Shown piece by piece: positions 10,075 through 19,917 of a stretch of DNA of 64,000 nucleotides. The stretch is from contig CAWCBP010000008.1 in assembly GCA_963793865.1 (NCBI GenBank), positions 96,001 to 160,000 of the forward strand, read 5' to 3'. Both the position numbers and the translations under genes were made by a program. The notes below the pieces were generated by a model, which saw only the letters and a list, made by a program, of their open reading frames with translations, was not told the origin of the DNA and did no database searches. This stretch comes from an uncultured delta proteobacterium. Lineage in GTDB: Bacteria > Desulfobacterota > WTBG01. Every line of letters begins with the position of its first letter. The stretch's first letter is position 1.

Positions 10075-10109
10075 ACAGCCACCCGCTCTACCTACTGAGC
10101 TACCGGGGA
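10075..10109 (-). tRNA. tRNA-Asn(GUU) 5' exon (positions 1-35); 3' exon not found
   Basis: TCCCCGG TA GCTC AGTAGGTA GAGC G GGTGG CT GT: acceptor strand, D-arm, anticodon stem 5' strand; UCC start and G34-U35 fit Asn. Confidence 0.8.
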
Positions 10110-10130
10110 GCATAACTGCTTAACAGAGAG

Positions 10131-10159
10131 TTTATAATTAAAAACACTACTTTTGTCAA
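10131..10159 (-). promoter_or_regulatory. Sigma70 promoter of the tRNA gene
   Basis: TTGACA-17 bp-TATAAA on the minus strand, ~20 nt upstream of tRNA position 1. Confidence 0.75.
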
Positions 10160-10339
10160 CTGTTATTGACTAAACAGGTATCGTCAATGCTTATGCCCCG
10201 GAATGATGGTTTCTCTTGTATCGCACCGGAAAAATTTCCTTGATAGTTGGGGTAAAAAACAGTATATATGTTCGCCCTGACCGCATTCCCGGCCGGGGTG
10301 ACAATTGATGCTCGCTTAATGAAATGAGGACGTTTTTTT

Positions 10340-10594
10340 GTGTTGTCGAAGAAGACAAAGGTTAAGTACCGGGCACGGAAAAAGAAAAGCAAGTTTCCCA
10401 CCGTAAGCATCCAGGTTTTTGACAAGTGGTGCAAGCGCTGCCATATTTGCGTGGAATTGTGCCCTCAAAAGGTGCTGGTGGTGGATGAAAATGGTTTCCC
10501 CACGGCGGTAAAGCCGGTTGAATGCAACCGCTGTGATTGCTGTGTCATGAGATGCCCGGACTTCGCTATTTCCATTTCCGGCGGTGATAAATGA
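10340..10594 (+). CDS. korD: 2-oxoacid:ferredoxin oxidoreductase delta subunit (2x[4Fe-4S])
   Basis: CKRCHICVELCP and CNRCDCCVMRCPDFAI; upstream of korA. Confidence 0.85.
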   Translation: MLSKKTKVKYRARKKKSKFPTVSIQVFDKWCKRCHICVELCPQKVLVVDENGFPTAVKPVECNRCDCCVMRCPDFAISISGGDK

Positions 10595-10673
10595 TGGGAT
10601 GGCGAAATGACGAACGCACGTTCTATGTCCAATGAGCAGGGTGACGGGAAAATAAATCGGTGTTGAAAATTCT

Positions 10674-10722
10674 GTAGGAGCGCATTTATGCGCGATACAT
10701 TCGCGGCTGAAGCCGCTCCTAC
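10674..10722. repeat. GTAG-type REP doublet (family 1)
   Basis: GTAGGAGCG...CGCTCCTAC; inverted homolog at 21663-21712. Confidence 0.8.
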
Positions 10723-10776
10723 CGTCCGCAATCATATTTCAGACCAGTTTCGGTTCGAAGCGGGTGAGTCTTAAGA

Positions 10777-11907
10777 ATGGTTGATGACAAAGCGAAAGTG
10801 AAGCTCTTGATGGGAAACGAGGCCTGCGTTGAAGGCGCGCTGGCGGCGGGCGTCAGGTTTTTCGGCGCCTATCCCATCACCCCCGCCAATGAAATCGGCG
10901 AGATTCTCTCCGACCGGCTCCCGGAGATCGGGGGCAAGTTCATCCAGATGGAGGATGAAATTGCCAGCATGGGCGCGATTATCGGCGCCTCGATCGGGGG
11001 CTTGAAATCAATGACCGCCACCAGCGGTCCGGGCTTCTCCCTCATGCAGGAGAACATCGGTTTTGCCGCCATGGCGGAGGTTCCCTGCGTGGTGGTTAAT
11101 GTGATGCGGGCGGGGCCGAGCACCGGCCTTCCCACCAGGCCTTCCCAGGGGGATGTGATGCAGGCCCGATGGGGCACCCACGGGGATCACCCGGTTATTG
11201 TTTTAAGCCCCCATTCAGTGCGTGAGACCTTTGACCTCACGGTCACGGCCGTTAATTTTTCCGAGAAGTACCGCCTGCCGGTGATACTGCTCATGGACGA
11301 AGTGATCGCCCACATGCGGGAAAAGATGACCGTGCCTCCGCCCGAATCCATCGAGATCATAGACCGGGTCAAGCCCACGGTGCCGCCCCAGTGGTATAAG
11401 CCGTATGAAGATAACCAGACCGGGGTTCCGCCCATGGCCAACTTCGGGGAAGGGTACCGCTACCATATTACCGGCCTCACCCATGATCAGATGGGGTTTC
11501 CCACCTCCCGCCTGGATGAGATCAAGGCCGGGATGGAGCGGTTATTTAAAAAGGTGACCCTCGCACTCAAGGACATTCAGCTCTATGAGTATGTCATGGT
11601 GGATGACGCGGAATTCCTGATTGTGGCATACGGGTGCGTGGCCCGGTCGGCACGAAAAGTGGTGCATGACTTGCGAAAGAAGGGAGTAAAGGCGGGGATG
11701 GTGCGACTGATCACCCTGTGGCCGTTTCCGCGCCGGGCGCTGGAGGCCATACCCAAAAAGGTTAAAAGGCTGATTGTGCCTGAAATGAACATGGGGCAGA
11801 TATACCGGGAAGTGCTGAGGGTCAACGCGGGCAGGGCAAAGGTGGTTAAGGTGAGCAGGATTGACGGGGAACTGATGACCCCGCAGGAAATTGCCGCTGT
11901 CTGCTGA
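10777..11907 (+). CDS. korA: 2-oxoacid:ferredoxin oxidoreductase alpha subunit
   Basis: GAYPITPA, QMEDEIAS, TATSGPGFSLMQE, RAGPSTGLPT, EMNMGQ. Confidence 0.93.
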   Translation: MVDDKAKVKLLMGNEACVEGALAAGVRFFGAYPITPANEIGEILSDRLPEIGGKFIQMEDEIASMGAIIGASIGGLKSMTATSGPGFSLMQENIGFAAMAEVPCVVVNVMRAGPSTGLPTRPSQGDVMQARWGTHGDHPVIVLSPHSVRETFDLTVTAVNFSEKYRLPVILLMDEVIAHMREKMTVPPPESIEIIDRVKPTVPPQWYKPYEDNQTGVPPMANFGEGYRYHITGLTHDQMGFPTSRLDEIKAGMERLFKKVTLALKDIQLYEYVMVDDAEFLIVAYGCVARSARKVVHDLRKKGVKAGMVRLITLWPFPRRALEAIPKKVKRLIVPEMNMGQIYREVLRVNAGRAKVVKVSRIDGELMTPQEIAAVC

Positions 11908-11934
11908 GTTGTACGGGATGAGGAACAGTTATCC

Positions 11935-12771
11935 ATGACTGATGAAAAAGAAGGCATCTATAATTATCTGCGCACGGACAAAAAATTTCCCCCCATATGG
12001 TGCGCGGGATGCGGCAACGGGATCGTCATGGGATCCATGCTCAGGGCGATCGGCGCCATCGGGCTCGACAAGGACCGGGTGGCGGTGGTTTCCGGCATCG
12101 GATGTTCGGGCCGGACGTCAACCTACGTTGATTTTAACACCCTGCATACCACCCACGGCAGGGCGCTGACCTTTGCCACCGGCTTAAAGCTGGCCCGTCC
12201 GGAGCTGACCGTGCTGGTGGCAATGGGAGACGGGGACGCCCTGGCAATCGGCGGAAACCATTTCATCCATGCCGCGCGGAGGAATATCGATCTTACCGCG
12301 ATTATCTTCAACAACTTCATCTACGGCATGACCGGCGGCCAGATCTCGCCGACCACCCCCGCGGGGATGATCGCATCCACGGCGTCGGCAGGCAACATCG
12401 AGCCGGCATTCGACATCGTCAGGCTGGCCGAGGCAGCGGGCGCGAGCTTTGTTGCCCGGGGGTCGGCCTTCCACATCACCCAGCTTAATGAGCTCATGGT
12501 ACAGGCCATCCGCAAGAAGGGATTTTCAGTGCTGGACGTGATTACCCAGTGCCCGCCCATCTACGGTCGTTACAACCGCATGGGATCCGGCGCTGAAATG
12601 CTGCGCTGGCAGGAAGGTCAATTACTGGACCGGCACGAGGCAGAGGGATTATCTGAAGAAGCGGTTAAGGATAAAATCCTGACCGGTGTGTTCGTGGACG
12701 CGGATAAGCCGGAATATTGCGAGGCATATGACCGCCTGGTAGCCAGGGTCCAGGGGAAGGCGGGTCGCTGA
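11935..12771 (+). CDS. korB: 2-oxoacid:ferredoxin oxidoreductase beta subunit
   Basis: WCAGCG, SGIGCSGR, HGRA, GDGDALAIGGNH, NNFIYGMTGGQ. Confidence 0.93.
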   Translation: MTDEKEGIYNYLRTDKKFPPIWCAGCGNGIVMGSMLRAIGAIGLDKDRVAVVSGIGCSGRTSTYVDFNTLHTTHGRALTFATGLKLARPELTVLVAMGDGDALAIGGNHFIHAARRNIDLTAIIFNNFIYGMTGGQISPTTPAGMIASTASAGNIEPAFDIVRLAEAAGASFVARGSAFHITQLNELMVQAIRKKGFSVLDVITQCPPIYGRYNRMGSGAEMLRWQEGQLLDRHEAEGLSEEAVKDKILTGVFVDADKPEYCEAYDRLVARVQGKAGR

Positions 12772-13355
12772 TGGCAGACTACTATGAAATGAGGCTTGCG
12801 GGGCTGGGGGGACAGGGGCTGATCCTGGCCGGCATCATTGTGGCGGAAGCGGCGGGGATTTACGAAGGCAAGGAGGTCGTGCAGACCCAGGCGTACGGCG
12901 CGGAAACCCGCGGCGGCTTCAGCCGCTCGGATATAGTCGTCAGCGACGAGGAGATACTCTATCCAAAGGCGTCGGAACTCGATTTTCTGCTGGCCATGAG
13001 CCAGAGCGCATATGAGGAGCATGTGGGCAGTCTTAAAAAGGACGGAGTGCTGCTCCTCGACAGCACCTACGTATCGGAAGTAAGCGGGGAGCGGACTTAT
13101 GCCATTCCCTTTTCAAAGATAGCCCGGGAGAAGTTCGGCAGGGAAAATGTGGCCAACATCATGGCCCTGGGCGCCATAACCCAGGTCTTTTCCCCCATTT
13201 CCCAGGAGTCCATGGAAAAGGCGGTTTTGAATAGAGTGCCCTCGCGGTTCGTGGATCTGAACAAAAATGCCTTCAAGGAGGGTGTGAAGCTGGGCAGGAA
13301 GATCTTTAGGGAGGCATCCCGGGAAGGCAGCCCATCTGAAGAGGAAGAGCTATGA
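12771..13355 (+). CDS. korC: 2-oxoacid:ferredoxin oxidoreductase gamma subunit
   Basis: [31 protein letters not shown]. Confidence 0.92.
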   Translation: MADYYEMRLAGLGGQGLILAGIIVAEAAGIYEGKEVVQTQAYGAETRGGFSRSDIVVSDEEILYPKASELDFLLAMSQSAYEEHVGSLKKDGVLLLDSTYVSEVSGERTYAIPFSKIAREKFGRENVANIMALGAITQVFSPISQESMEKAVLNRVPSRFVDLNKNAFKEGVKLGRKIFREASREGSPSEEEEL

Positions 13356-14254
13356 GCAGACAGGTGGTTCTCAGCACGGACTTCAAGGACATAAAGCTGG
13401 TGAGCAGGGGGAAGGTGCGGGACATTTACGATTGCGGCGATGCACTGCTCATCGTTGCCACCGACCGCATATCCGCCTTTGACGTGGTGCTTCCCGACGG
13501 CATTCCCTGCAAAGGGGCCGTGCTCTCCCAGATGTCCGCCTACTGGTTTGCCGAAATGCGCGAGGTGATAGACAACCATTTTATATCTGCGGACCCGGCG
13601 GGGTTTCCGCCCCTGTGCCGGGCTCACGCGGAAATCTTGAAGGGAAGGGCGATGCTGGTGAAGAAGGCCAAACCCCTGCCCGTCGAATGCGTGGTGCGGG
13701 GCTATCTGGCCGGTTCAGGATGGACGGAGTATCAGCGAAACGGCTCCATCTGCGGCATTCCCCTTGAGAAGGGGCTTTCCGAATCGGCGCGTCTTAAGGA
13801 GCCGATTTTTACCCCTACCACCAAGGCCGAGCAGGGGACGCATGACGAGAACATAACCATGGAGAAGATGGAAGAGATCATCGGGGCGGAACTGGCCCGG
13901 CGGGTGAAGGAGGTAAGCCTGCGCCTTTATGCCAAAGGGAGCGAAATGGCCCGCCGGAAGGGGATCATTATCTGCGACACCAAATTTGAATTCGGCCTGT
14001 TCCGGGGGGATCTGATTTTGATTGATGAAGTGCTCACGCCGGACTCCTCGCGCTTCTGGCCGGAAGCTGAATACCAGCCGGGAAGACCCCAGAGAAGCTT
14101 TGACAAGCAGTTTGTTCGGGACTACCTGCTCACCCTGTCGTGGGATAAGACACCGCCCGCGCCGCACCTGCCCGAGGATATCATCCGGAAAACCAGCGAG
14201 CGCTATCAGGAGGCCTTCACCAGGATAACCGGAAAGGAGCTTAGCCCCTGCTGA
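13352..14254 (+). CDS. purC: SAICAR synthase
   Basis: [54 protein letters not shown]. Confidence 0.97.
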   Translation: MSRQVVLSTDFKDIKLVSRGKVRDIYDCGDALLIVATDRISAFDVVLPDGIPCKGAVLSQMSAYWFAEMREVIDNHFISADPAGFPPLCRAHAEILKGRAMLVKKAKPLPVECVVRGYLAGSGWTEYQRNGSICGIPLEKGLSESARLKEPIFTPTTKAEQGTHDENITMEKMEEIIGAELARRVKEVSLRLYAKGSEMARRKGIIICDTKFEFGLFRGDLILIDEVLTPDSSRFWPEAEYQPGRPQRSFDKQFVRDYLLTLSWDKTPPAPHLPEDIIRKTSERYQEAFTRITGKELSPC

Positions 14255-15587
14255 TGATGTTCCCCAGCAGGGAGACGCCGTCCATGTGGGGGGGTATGGG
14301 CAGGCCCATCATTTCCAGGATGGTCGGCGCAATGTCAATCAGGTAGACATTTTCCCGGTTGGAACTCAATCCCCTGATGTAGAGCAGCGCGTCATGAGAG
14401 GTGTGCATGCCGGAAAATTTTTCCTTGCCGGTGAGATGTTCCTTGCTCAAGGATCCCTTGATGTCGTAGCGCGAATCTGAGGCGAGAACCAGGTCCGGTG
14501 CCTGCTCCGTGTAATCCCCTGAATACAGCTCCTCTTTTCGAAACACCCTGTCAATGCCGGTTATTTTCAAAAAGCCATCGGTAAGTTCCTGCCGCAGCGC
14601 CTCGTAATCAGCCGGATCCACGCACCCCTGGGGCAGCTTGCCCTTCAGGTTGATGTACACCCTGCCGGGGTCGAGGATGAACGCCCGGGACGCGGGATCG
14701 ATGTCCTTGATTGATTCCGGCGGCTCCCGCTTGAGCCTGAGATAGCCCTTTTCCATAAGCCAGGTATTGGGGTACAGTTCCTTTTCGATCAGCGTGAAGC
14801 CGTGGTCCGCGGTAATGATCAGGTTCACCTCTTTTCCCACCGATGAAACAATCTTCTTGATTATTTTGTCAAGCGCCCGGTAGTATTCCAGAAATTTCTC
14901 ATGATACGCCGATTTGCTGTCCACAAAATCATGCCAGAAATAATGGTGAAGGCGGTCGGTCCCGGTGAAGGTGGCGATAAAGAGGTCCCATTCCTCCTTC
15001 TTGAGCAGGTGAAGAATTGCATCTCTGCGCTTTTCCAGGGTATAGAAGAGATCTTTAAAAAACTCGTCCTTCTTTTCAGCCGCCTCCCGGTAATTCACAT
15101 CAATGCGGTAGTCCATCTCCTTGAGCCTGTGGTAGAGATCAGGCGGATAGACCCCCTTTTCCAGGTCAAGGGCGACGAATCCGGAAATGAGCATGCCGTT
15201 TAACGGTTTCGCGGGATAGGTCTGGGGTATGTTGACGGCAATGGTTTTCTTATTCTGCTCTCCAAGAATATCCCAGAGCGTCGGAGCCTTGATGTGCGAG
15301 GAGTTGGTAAAATAGATGTCATAGGAATCAGGCTTTCGTTCCATAAAGCCATAGATGCCGTGCTTGCCGGGATTGACACCGGTGATGAGGCTCGTCCAGG
15401 CGACCGAGGACACCGGGGGGATGGCGGATCTCATCTCGCGCATCAGCCCCTGCCTGCTTAATGTGCCCAGGAAGGGGGTAACGCCCATCTTGATGAAGTT
15501 ATTGATGATGCGGAACGGCACTCCGTCGAGGCCGATTACCAGCACTTTCTCCTTATCATGGTGACGTCTTCCCATCAACTTCAGCAT
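14241..15587 (-). CDS. Alkaline-phosphatase-superfamily nucleotide pyrophosphatase/phosphodiesterase
   Basis: [47 protein letters not shown]. Confidence 0.85.
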   Translation of the reverse strand: MLKLMGRRHHDKEKVLVIGLDGVPFRIINNFIKMGVTPFLGTLSRQGLMREMRSAIPPVSSVAWTSLITGVNPGKHGIYGFMERKPDSYDIYFTNSSHIKAPTLWDILGEQNKKTIAVNIPQTYPAKPLNGMLISGFVALDLEKGVYPPDLYHRLKEMDYRIDVNYREAAEKKDEFFKDLFYTLEKRRDAILHLLKKEEWDLFIATFTGTDRLHHYFWHDFVDSKSAYHEKFLEYYRALDKIIKKIVSSVGKEVNLIITADHGFTLIEKELYPNTWLMEKGYLRLKREPPESIKDIDPASRAFILDPGRVYINLKGKLPQGCVDPADYEALRQELTDGFLKITGIDRVFRKEELYSGDYTEQAPDLVLASDSRYDIKGSLSKEHLTGKEKFSGMHTSHDALLYIRGLSSNRENVYLIDIAPTILEMMGLPIPPHMDGVSLLGNIISRG

Positions 15588-16441
15588 GCGCGGCTCTTTT
15601 CCTCCCAGTGTTTTTTCAGTTTCTCAAAAAGTTCAAAGGGGATCTTGAGTCCGCCCCTTCCTTTCCCCAGCTCGATTCCCTCCACGTTGGCTCCGTGAAA
15701 ATCGCTTCCCCCGGTGATGAGCAGGTTGTGTCGTCCGGCAAGCGACTCATACACGGAGATCTGTTTTGAGCTGTGCTCGGTGTAATAGACCTCGATTCCC
15801 GCCAGCCCAAGCGACACCAGATTTAAGACCAGGCGTTCGAGCTCATCAGCGCTCGCGCAGTTGAGCGTGAAGGGGTGGGCCAGCACGGGAACGCCCCCGG
15901 CTTCAGTAATCATGCTGATCGCCTGGGCCGGCTCCAGCCTGAATTTATCAAAGTATGCGGGCGCGCCCTTGCCCAGGAAGCGGTCAAATGCCTCCTGGAT
16001 GCTCCTCGTGTAGCCCTTCTGCAGAAGCACCTGGGCGATGTGCGGCCTTCCCACCTGGCCTCCGCCTGAAATATCAATCACCTCCTGGTAGTTTATGCGG
16101 ACCCCCAGCTCATTGAGCTTTTGGATGATCCTGGGGTTTCTGTCCGCGCGGCTGTCCTGCAGCAGCCGCAGCTTTTCGCTGAGGGCCGTGCTTTGTGCGT
16201 CAATGAAAAAGCCGAGCATGTGCATGCTGCCCGGTGAATGGTCAACGCTTATTTCAACCCCCGGCACGACGGTGACCGCCGTGCGCTCTCCCTCGGCCAT
16301 GGCTTCGGCATTGCCTTCTATGGTATCGTGGTCGGTGACGGCAATGACCGTGAGCCCTTTCTCTTTGGCATAGCGGACAAGCTGGGAAGGGGTGAGAGAG
16401 CCGTCAGAGGCGGTGGTATGGGTGTGAAGGTCGATGGACAT
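15581..16441 (-). CDS. PHP-domain phosphoesterase (TrpH/YciV-like)
   Basis: DLHTHTTASDGS, VTDHDT, GVEIS, GRPHIA, LAHP, GGSDFHG. Confidence 0.9.
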   Translation of the reverse strand: MSIDLHTHTTASDGSLTPSQLVRYAKEKGLTVIAVTDHDTIEGNAEAMAEGERTAVTVVPGVEISVDHSPGSMHMLGFFIDAQSTALSEKLRLLQDSRADRNPRIIQKLNELGVRINYQEVIDISGGGQVGRPHIAQVLLQKGYTRSIQEAFDRFLGKGAPAYFDKFRLEPAQAISMITEAGGVPVLAHPFTLNCASADELERLVLNLVSLGLAGIEVYYTEHSSKQISVYESLAGRHNLLITGGSDFHGANVEGIELGKGRGGLKIPFELFEKLKKHWEEKSRAC

Positions 16442-16478
16442 ATGAGCTGTGTTCCTGTGTGCGTTATGGCAGGAGAGT

Positions 16479-16503
16479 ATTCGCGGCTGAAAGCCGCTCC
16501 TAC
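16479..16503. repeat. GTAG-type REP (family 1, single copy)
   Basis: ATTCGCGGCTGAAAGCCGCTCCTAC. Confidence 0.75.
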
Positions 16504-16568
16504 CGGTTTTTAAATCCGAAATCCGAATATCAGATTTCGCGCTTCGAATTTATGGTTCAATTCATTAA

Positions 16569-16723
16569 TGTCCAAAACAAGATAATTGCATTTTGATTTT
16601 AATAAACTGTTTACATGAGATTGCTTCGTCGCTTATGCTCCTCGCAATGACCCCATTGGTGCGGCATCCCTTGATTTTGTCATTGCGAGCGAAGCGCGGC
16701 AATCTCGTTTTTGGACAAGACTG
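16569..16723. repeat. ~155-bp RPE-like palindromic element, copy 1
   Basis: GAGATTGCTTCG...CGCAATGAC / GTCATTGCG...GCAATCTC; close inverted copy at 29370-29522. Confidence 0.8.
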
Positions 16724-16726
16724 AGT

Positions 16727-18133
16727 TCAATTATGGTTGGTCAGTATCTTACCCCTCATGTCCTCAGGTACCGGGACGCCCATCATGCGCAGAACCGTGG
16801 GGGCGATATCGAGAATGTCCATGTCCTGACGGAATGAGGCAGGCATGTGAGCCCCGGTACGGGGATCGTGTATGATGCAGATGCCCTCCTGGGCATGGTT
16901 CGCGTCATCCGGCCCGATATCATTATCGAAGGTCAAAATGGTGCCGTGACCGATGCTGCCCACGGACCTCCACCTGAGGTCCCCGAAATAGACGATGAGC
17001 TCCGGCGGTATGCCGCGGGCCGCGGGATAGATGGCTTCCGGCTTAAAGACCCGGGTGCCGAGGGGGTTCCCCTTTTCATCGCGCATGGCCTCCAGCTTTC
17101 GCGCGATTTCCGATCGAGTTTCTTCATAGTTCTGGGGAAGCACCACACCCCGGGGTTCGCGTCCCTTGAGGTTAAAAAATATGCGGGAGTAATACCCGCC
17201 CTCGCCCCAGCAGATGGTGCGCGACCAGTCGATTTTCGCCTTTGCCAGAGAGACGATGCCCGGCGGTTTTTCCAGCAGCGTAAGATAACCTTCCTGGAGC
17301 AGCCATTCATTGATGCACACCCCGCCCTCCATCGCCTGCGCCCCGTGGTCGGACACAATGAAGGTGACCGTACTGCTGTCGGTCAGGGCCAGAAGCTCGC
17401 CCAGCTCCCGGTCAAGGTATTTGTAATAATCAAGCACCGCGTGAGCGTATGGGGATCCCGGTTCGTGCTTTCTGTGGCCGGCATCAAAGAATTTCCAGAA
17501 GCCGTGATGCATCCGGTCCGGCCCGATCTCCACCATCATGAAGAAATCCCAGGGCTTCCTGCTGAGCAGGTGTTTTGCCACCCTGAACCGCTTGCCGGTC
17601 ATTTCATAAATTTGTTTCAGCAGCAGCTCCTTGTTTTCGGTTCTGAAGTTGTCCACGTCGAACACGTAGGTGCCGACCAGCTTTTCCACCTCTCCCTTGA
17701 GCTCCGGGGGATAGGTGTATTGGCAGCTGCTGTCGGGGGTCAATATGCAGGATATGAGCAGTCCGTTGACCGGCTGCGGCGGATAGGTCTGAGGGACGCC
17801 GACCACGATGACCTGCTTCCCCATCCGCGATAGAATATCCCACAGCCTCTCTTCCTTCACCGAGAAGCTGTTGACCATGGTAAGGCCGTCGTAGGAGTGA
17901 TCCAGCCGGTTGCGAAAGCCATAGATGCCCAGCGCTCCCGGGTCTTTACCCGTCGTCATGCAGGCCCAGGCGGGAACGGTGATCGGCGGGATGCAGCTCC
18001 GCAACGGGCCGTACATGCCGTTCTGCAAAAGGCGCTTGATGGTGGGCAGATGGTCCAGCCAGCGATCGAATACCAGCCGGGGGGAAAGACAATCAAGGCC
18101 GATGACCAAAACCCGCTTTTCTTTGGTAGACAC
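16727..18133 (-). CDS. Alkaline-phosphatase-superfamily nucleotide pyrophosphatase/phosphodiesterase
   Basis: IGLDC, PPITVPAW..TGKDPG.LGIYGFRNR, DRMHHGFW, SDHGA, GPDDANH, LDIAPTVL. Confidence 0.87.
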   Translation of the reverse strand: MSTKEKRVLVIGLDCLSPRLVFDRWLDHLPTIKRLLQNGMYGPLRSCIPPITVPAWACMTTGKDPGALGIYGFRNRLDHSYDGLTMVNSFSVKEERLWDILSRMGKQVIVVGVPQTYPPQPVNGLLISCILTPDSSCQYTYPPELKGEVEKLVGTYVFDVDNFRTENKELLLKQIYEMTGKRFRVAKHLLSRKPWDFFMMVEIGPDRMHHGFWKFFDAGHRKHEPGSPYAHAVLDYYKYLDRELGELLALTDSSTVTFIVSDHGAQAMEGGVCINEWLLQEGYLTLLEKPPGIVSLAKAKIDWSRTICWGEGGYYSRIFFNLKGREPRGVVLPQNYEETRSEIARKLEAMRDEKGNPLGTRVFKPEAIYPAARGIPPELIVYFGDLRWRSVGSIGHGTILTFDNDIGPDDANHAQEGICIIHDPRTGAHMPASFRQDMDILDIAPTVLRMMGVPVPEDMRGKILTNHN

Positions 18134-18145
18134 GTATCCGCCGTA

Positions 18146-19312
18146 TTATTTTTTTTCATTCCCCTCGCGGTAGGAGCTGATGAGTATTTCCGCGATCTCG
18201 GGCCTGGTGAATTCCCGGGGGGGTGTTTCACCTTTGACCAGCATGTTTCTCACCGCCGTTCCGCTGAGGGCAATGTGCTCCTTCGCGTCGTGGGGACAGG
18301 TTTTGCTCGACGCCATGCCGTCACAGCTTTTGCAGTAAAAGGTGTGGTCGAAAAAGAGCGGTGAGATGCCTATCTCGTTGGGTGCAAATTCATCGAAGAT
18401 GTAGTGGGCGTCATAGGTTCCGTAGAAGCTTCCAACCCCGGCGTGGTCCCTCCCCACGATGAAATGGGTGCATCCGTAATTTTTTCTCACCAGGGCGTGG
18501 AAAATTGCCTCCCGCGGCCCCGCGTAGCGCATGGCGGCGGGGAAGACGGACAAAACGGTCCGTGTCTCGGGGTAATAATTTTTCAGCAGCATTTCATAGC
18601 AGCGCATCCTCACCGTCGCGGGGATGTCGTCTCCCTTTGTCTCTCCCACCAGGGGATGAATGAGCAGTCCGTCCACGGTCTCCAGCGCGCATTTCTGGAT
18701 GTATTCATGGGCGCGGTGAATGGGATTGCGCGTCTGAAATGCGACGATGCGCTTCCAGCCTTTGGAGTTGAAGAGCAGGCGCGTTTCCCGGGGATCGAGC
18801 CGGTAATTGAGAAAGTGCTCGTGGCGGGGACGGTTGAGCAGGCTGATTTTACCGCCCAGGTAGGTGTCTCCGGAAGCATTGAGATACTGCACTCCCGGGT
18901 GGCTTTGATCGGTGGTCTTTAAAACGGCCGCGGCCTCTTTCTCTTTATCACAGTGATACTTTTCCTCGAGGTGCAGAACGCCCAGGAGATAATCACCCTG
19001 ACCATAGAGGGCGACATCATTTCCCTCCCGGTAGCGATGGCCTTCTTCTCCGGCAATGGCCAGCGTTACGGGAATAGTCCAGGGGAGACCGTTGGGCAGC
19101 CGCATCAGGTCAATGACGCTTGTATATTCCGAACTGCGCATGAACCCTTCAAACGGGCTCAGGGCGCCCACGGCTATCATCTCCAGGTCAGAAACTTCTC
19201 TCGGGTTGAGGTGAATCTTCGGGAGGGATGGCGCTTTTCCCAACAGCTGCTCTCTTTCATTGCCTTTGGCGACTCTGTCAATAAGCACCCCTCCATGCGG
19301 TAATATTGGCAT
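18146..19312 (-). CDS. sat: Sulfate adenylyltransferase (ATP sulfurylase)
   Basis: [51 protein letters not shown]. Confidence 0.97.
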   Translation of the reverse strand: MPILPHGGVLIDRVAKGNEREQLLGKAPSLPKIHLNPREVSDLEMIAVGALSPFEGFMRSSEYTSVIDLMRLPNGLPWTIPVTLAIAGEEGHRYREGNDVALYGQGDYLLGVLHLEEKYHCDKEKEAAAVLKTTDQSHPGVQYLNASGDTYLGGKISLLNRPRHEHFLNYRLDPRETRLLFNSKGWKRIVAFQTRNPIHRAHEYIQKCALETVDGLLIHPLVGETKGDDIPATVRMRCYEMLLKNYYPETRTVLSVFPAAMRYAGPREAIFHALVRKNYGCTHFIVGRDHAGVGSFYGTYDAHYIFDEFAPNEIGISPLFFDHTFYCKSCDGMASSKTCPHDAKEHIALSGTAVRNMLVKGETPPREFTRPEIAEILISSYREGNEKK

Positions 19313-19812
19313 TGCTTTCTCCTTTCACTATTTATTTAATGAGATGTTTGGGTCTGGTCAACAGTGCATCAGTTTTAAATCAGCTCTTTGTGTGGAGACG
19401 GTGATCATGGGCGAAGCCGATATTTTTGTGCAATTGTTATTTAACCTATTGAAAATAAAACTTTTTCAAGCGCAGACCGTTTTTAATTACGTGAATTTTC
19501 AGGCTTTAATCTTCTTTTTTATATCCGGGTTTGCCGCTTGAAACAATATTTCTTAAAACATAAATAACCATATCTGTAACGGAATTGAATCCCAGGTTCG
19601 TTTTAATCAACTTAATATGGTTATATAAGGGCCGGGGAATTTTGATTGTAACCTTATCTTTTTTATTGTAATCGTTCATGTCTTTTAGGCTCTTATAATA
19701 TTACTATAGGAGTGAAAGAATATCATACCACATTTGAGTGTCAAGGCATTTTTACCCGTCTGCCTTTCAGGTTTTGCAGCGGTGAATAAAATTCCTCTCA
19801 TAGGGTTATAAC

Positions 19813-19841
19813 TTGACGCAAAATAAAATCAATGGTATTTA
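19813..19841 (+). promoter_or_regulatory. Putative sigma70 promoter of the gsp operon
   Basis: TTGACG-17 bp-TATTTA with TGG before the -10, in AT-rich intergenic DNA. Confidence 0.45.
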
Positions 19842-19917
19842 AAATACTTATAAAGAAAGGTCTTTTCATGTATTCTTCTAGCGGGCCTGCCTGTGCAGGC
19901 AACAGGACTGTTGCGTC

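Noticed and set aside
10070..10109. tRNA-Tyr(GUA), reading CTGTA as the anticodon loop
   Set aside because: No 3' anticodon stem follows; the UCC acceptor start and P1 pairing indicate Asn with an intron after U35.
18146..19312. Evidence for dissimilatory sulfate reduction
   Set aside because: No apr, qmo or dsr genes in the window; sat alone is not diagnostic.
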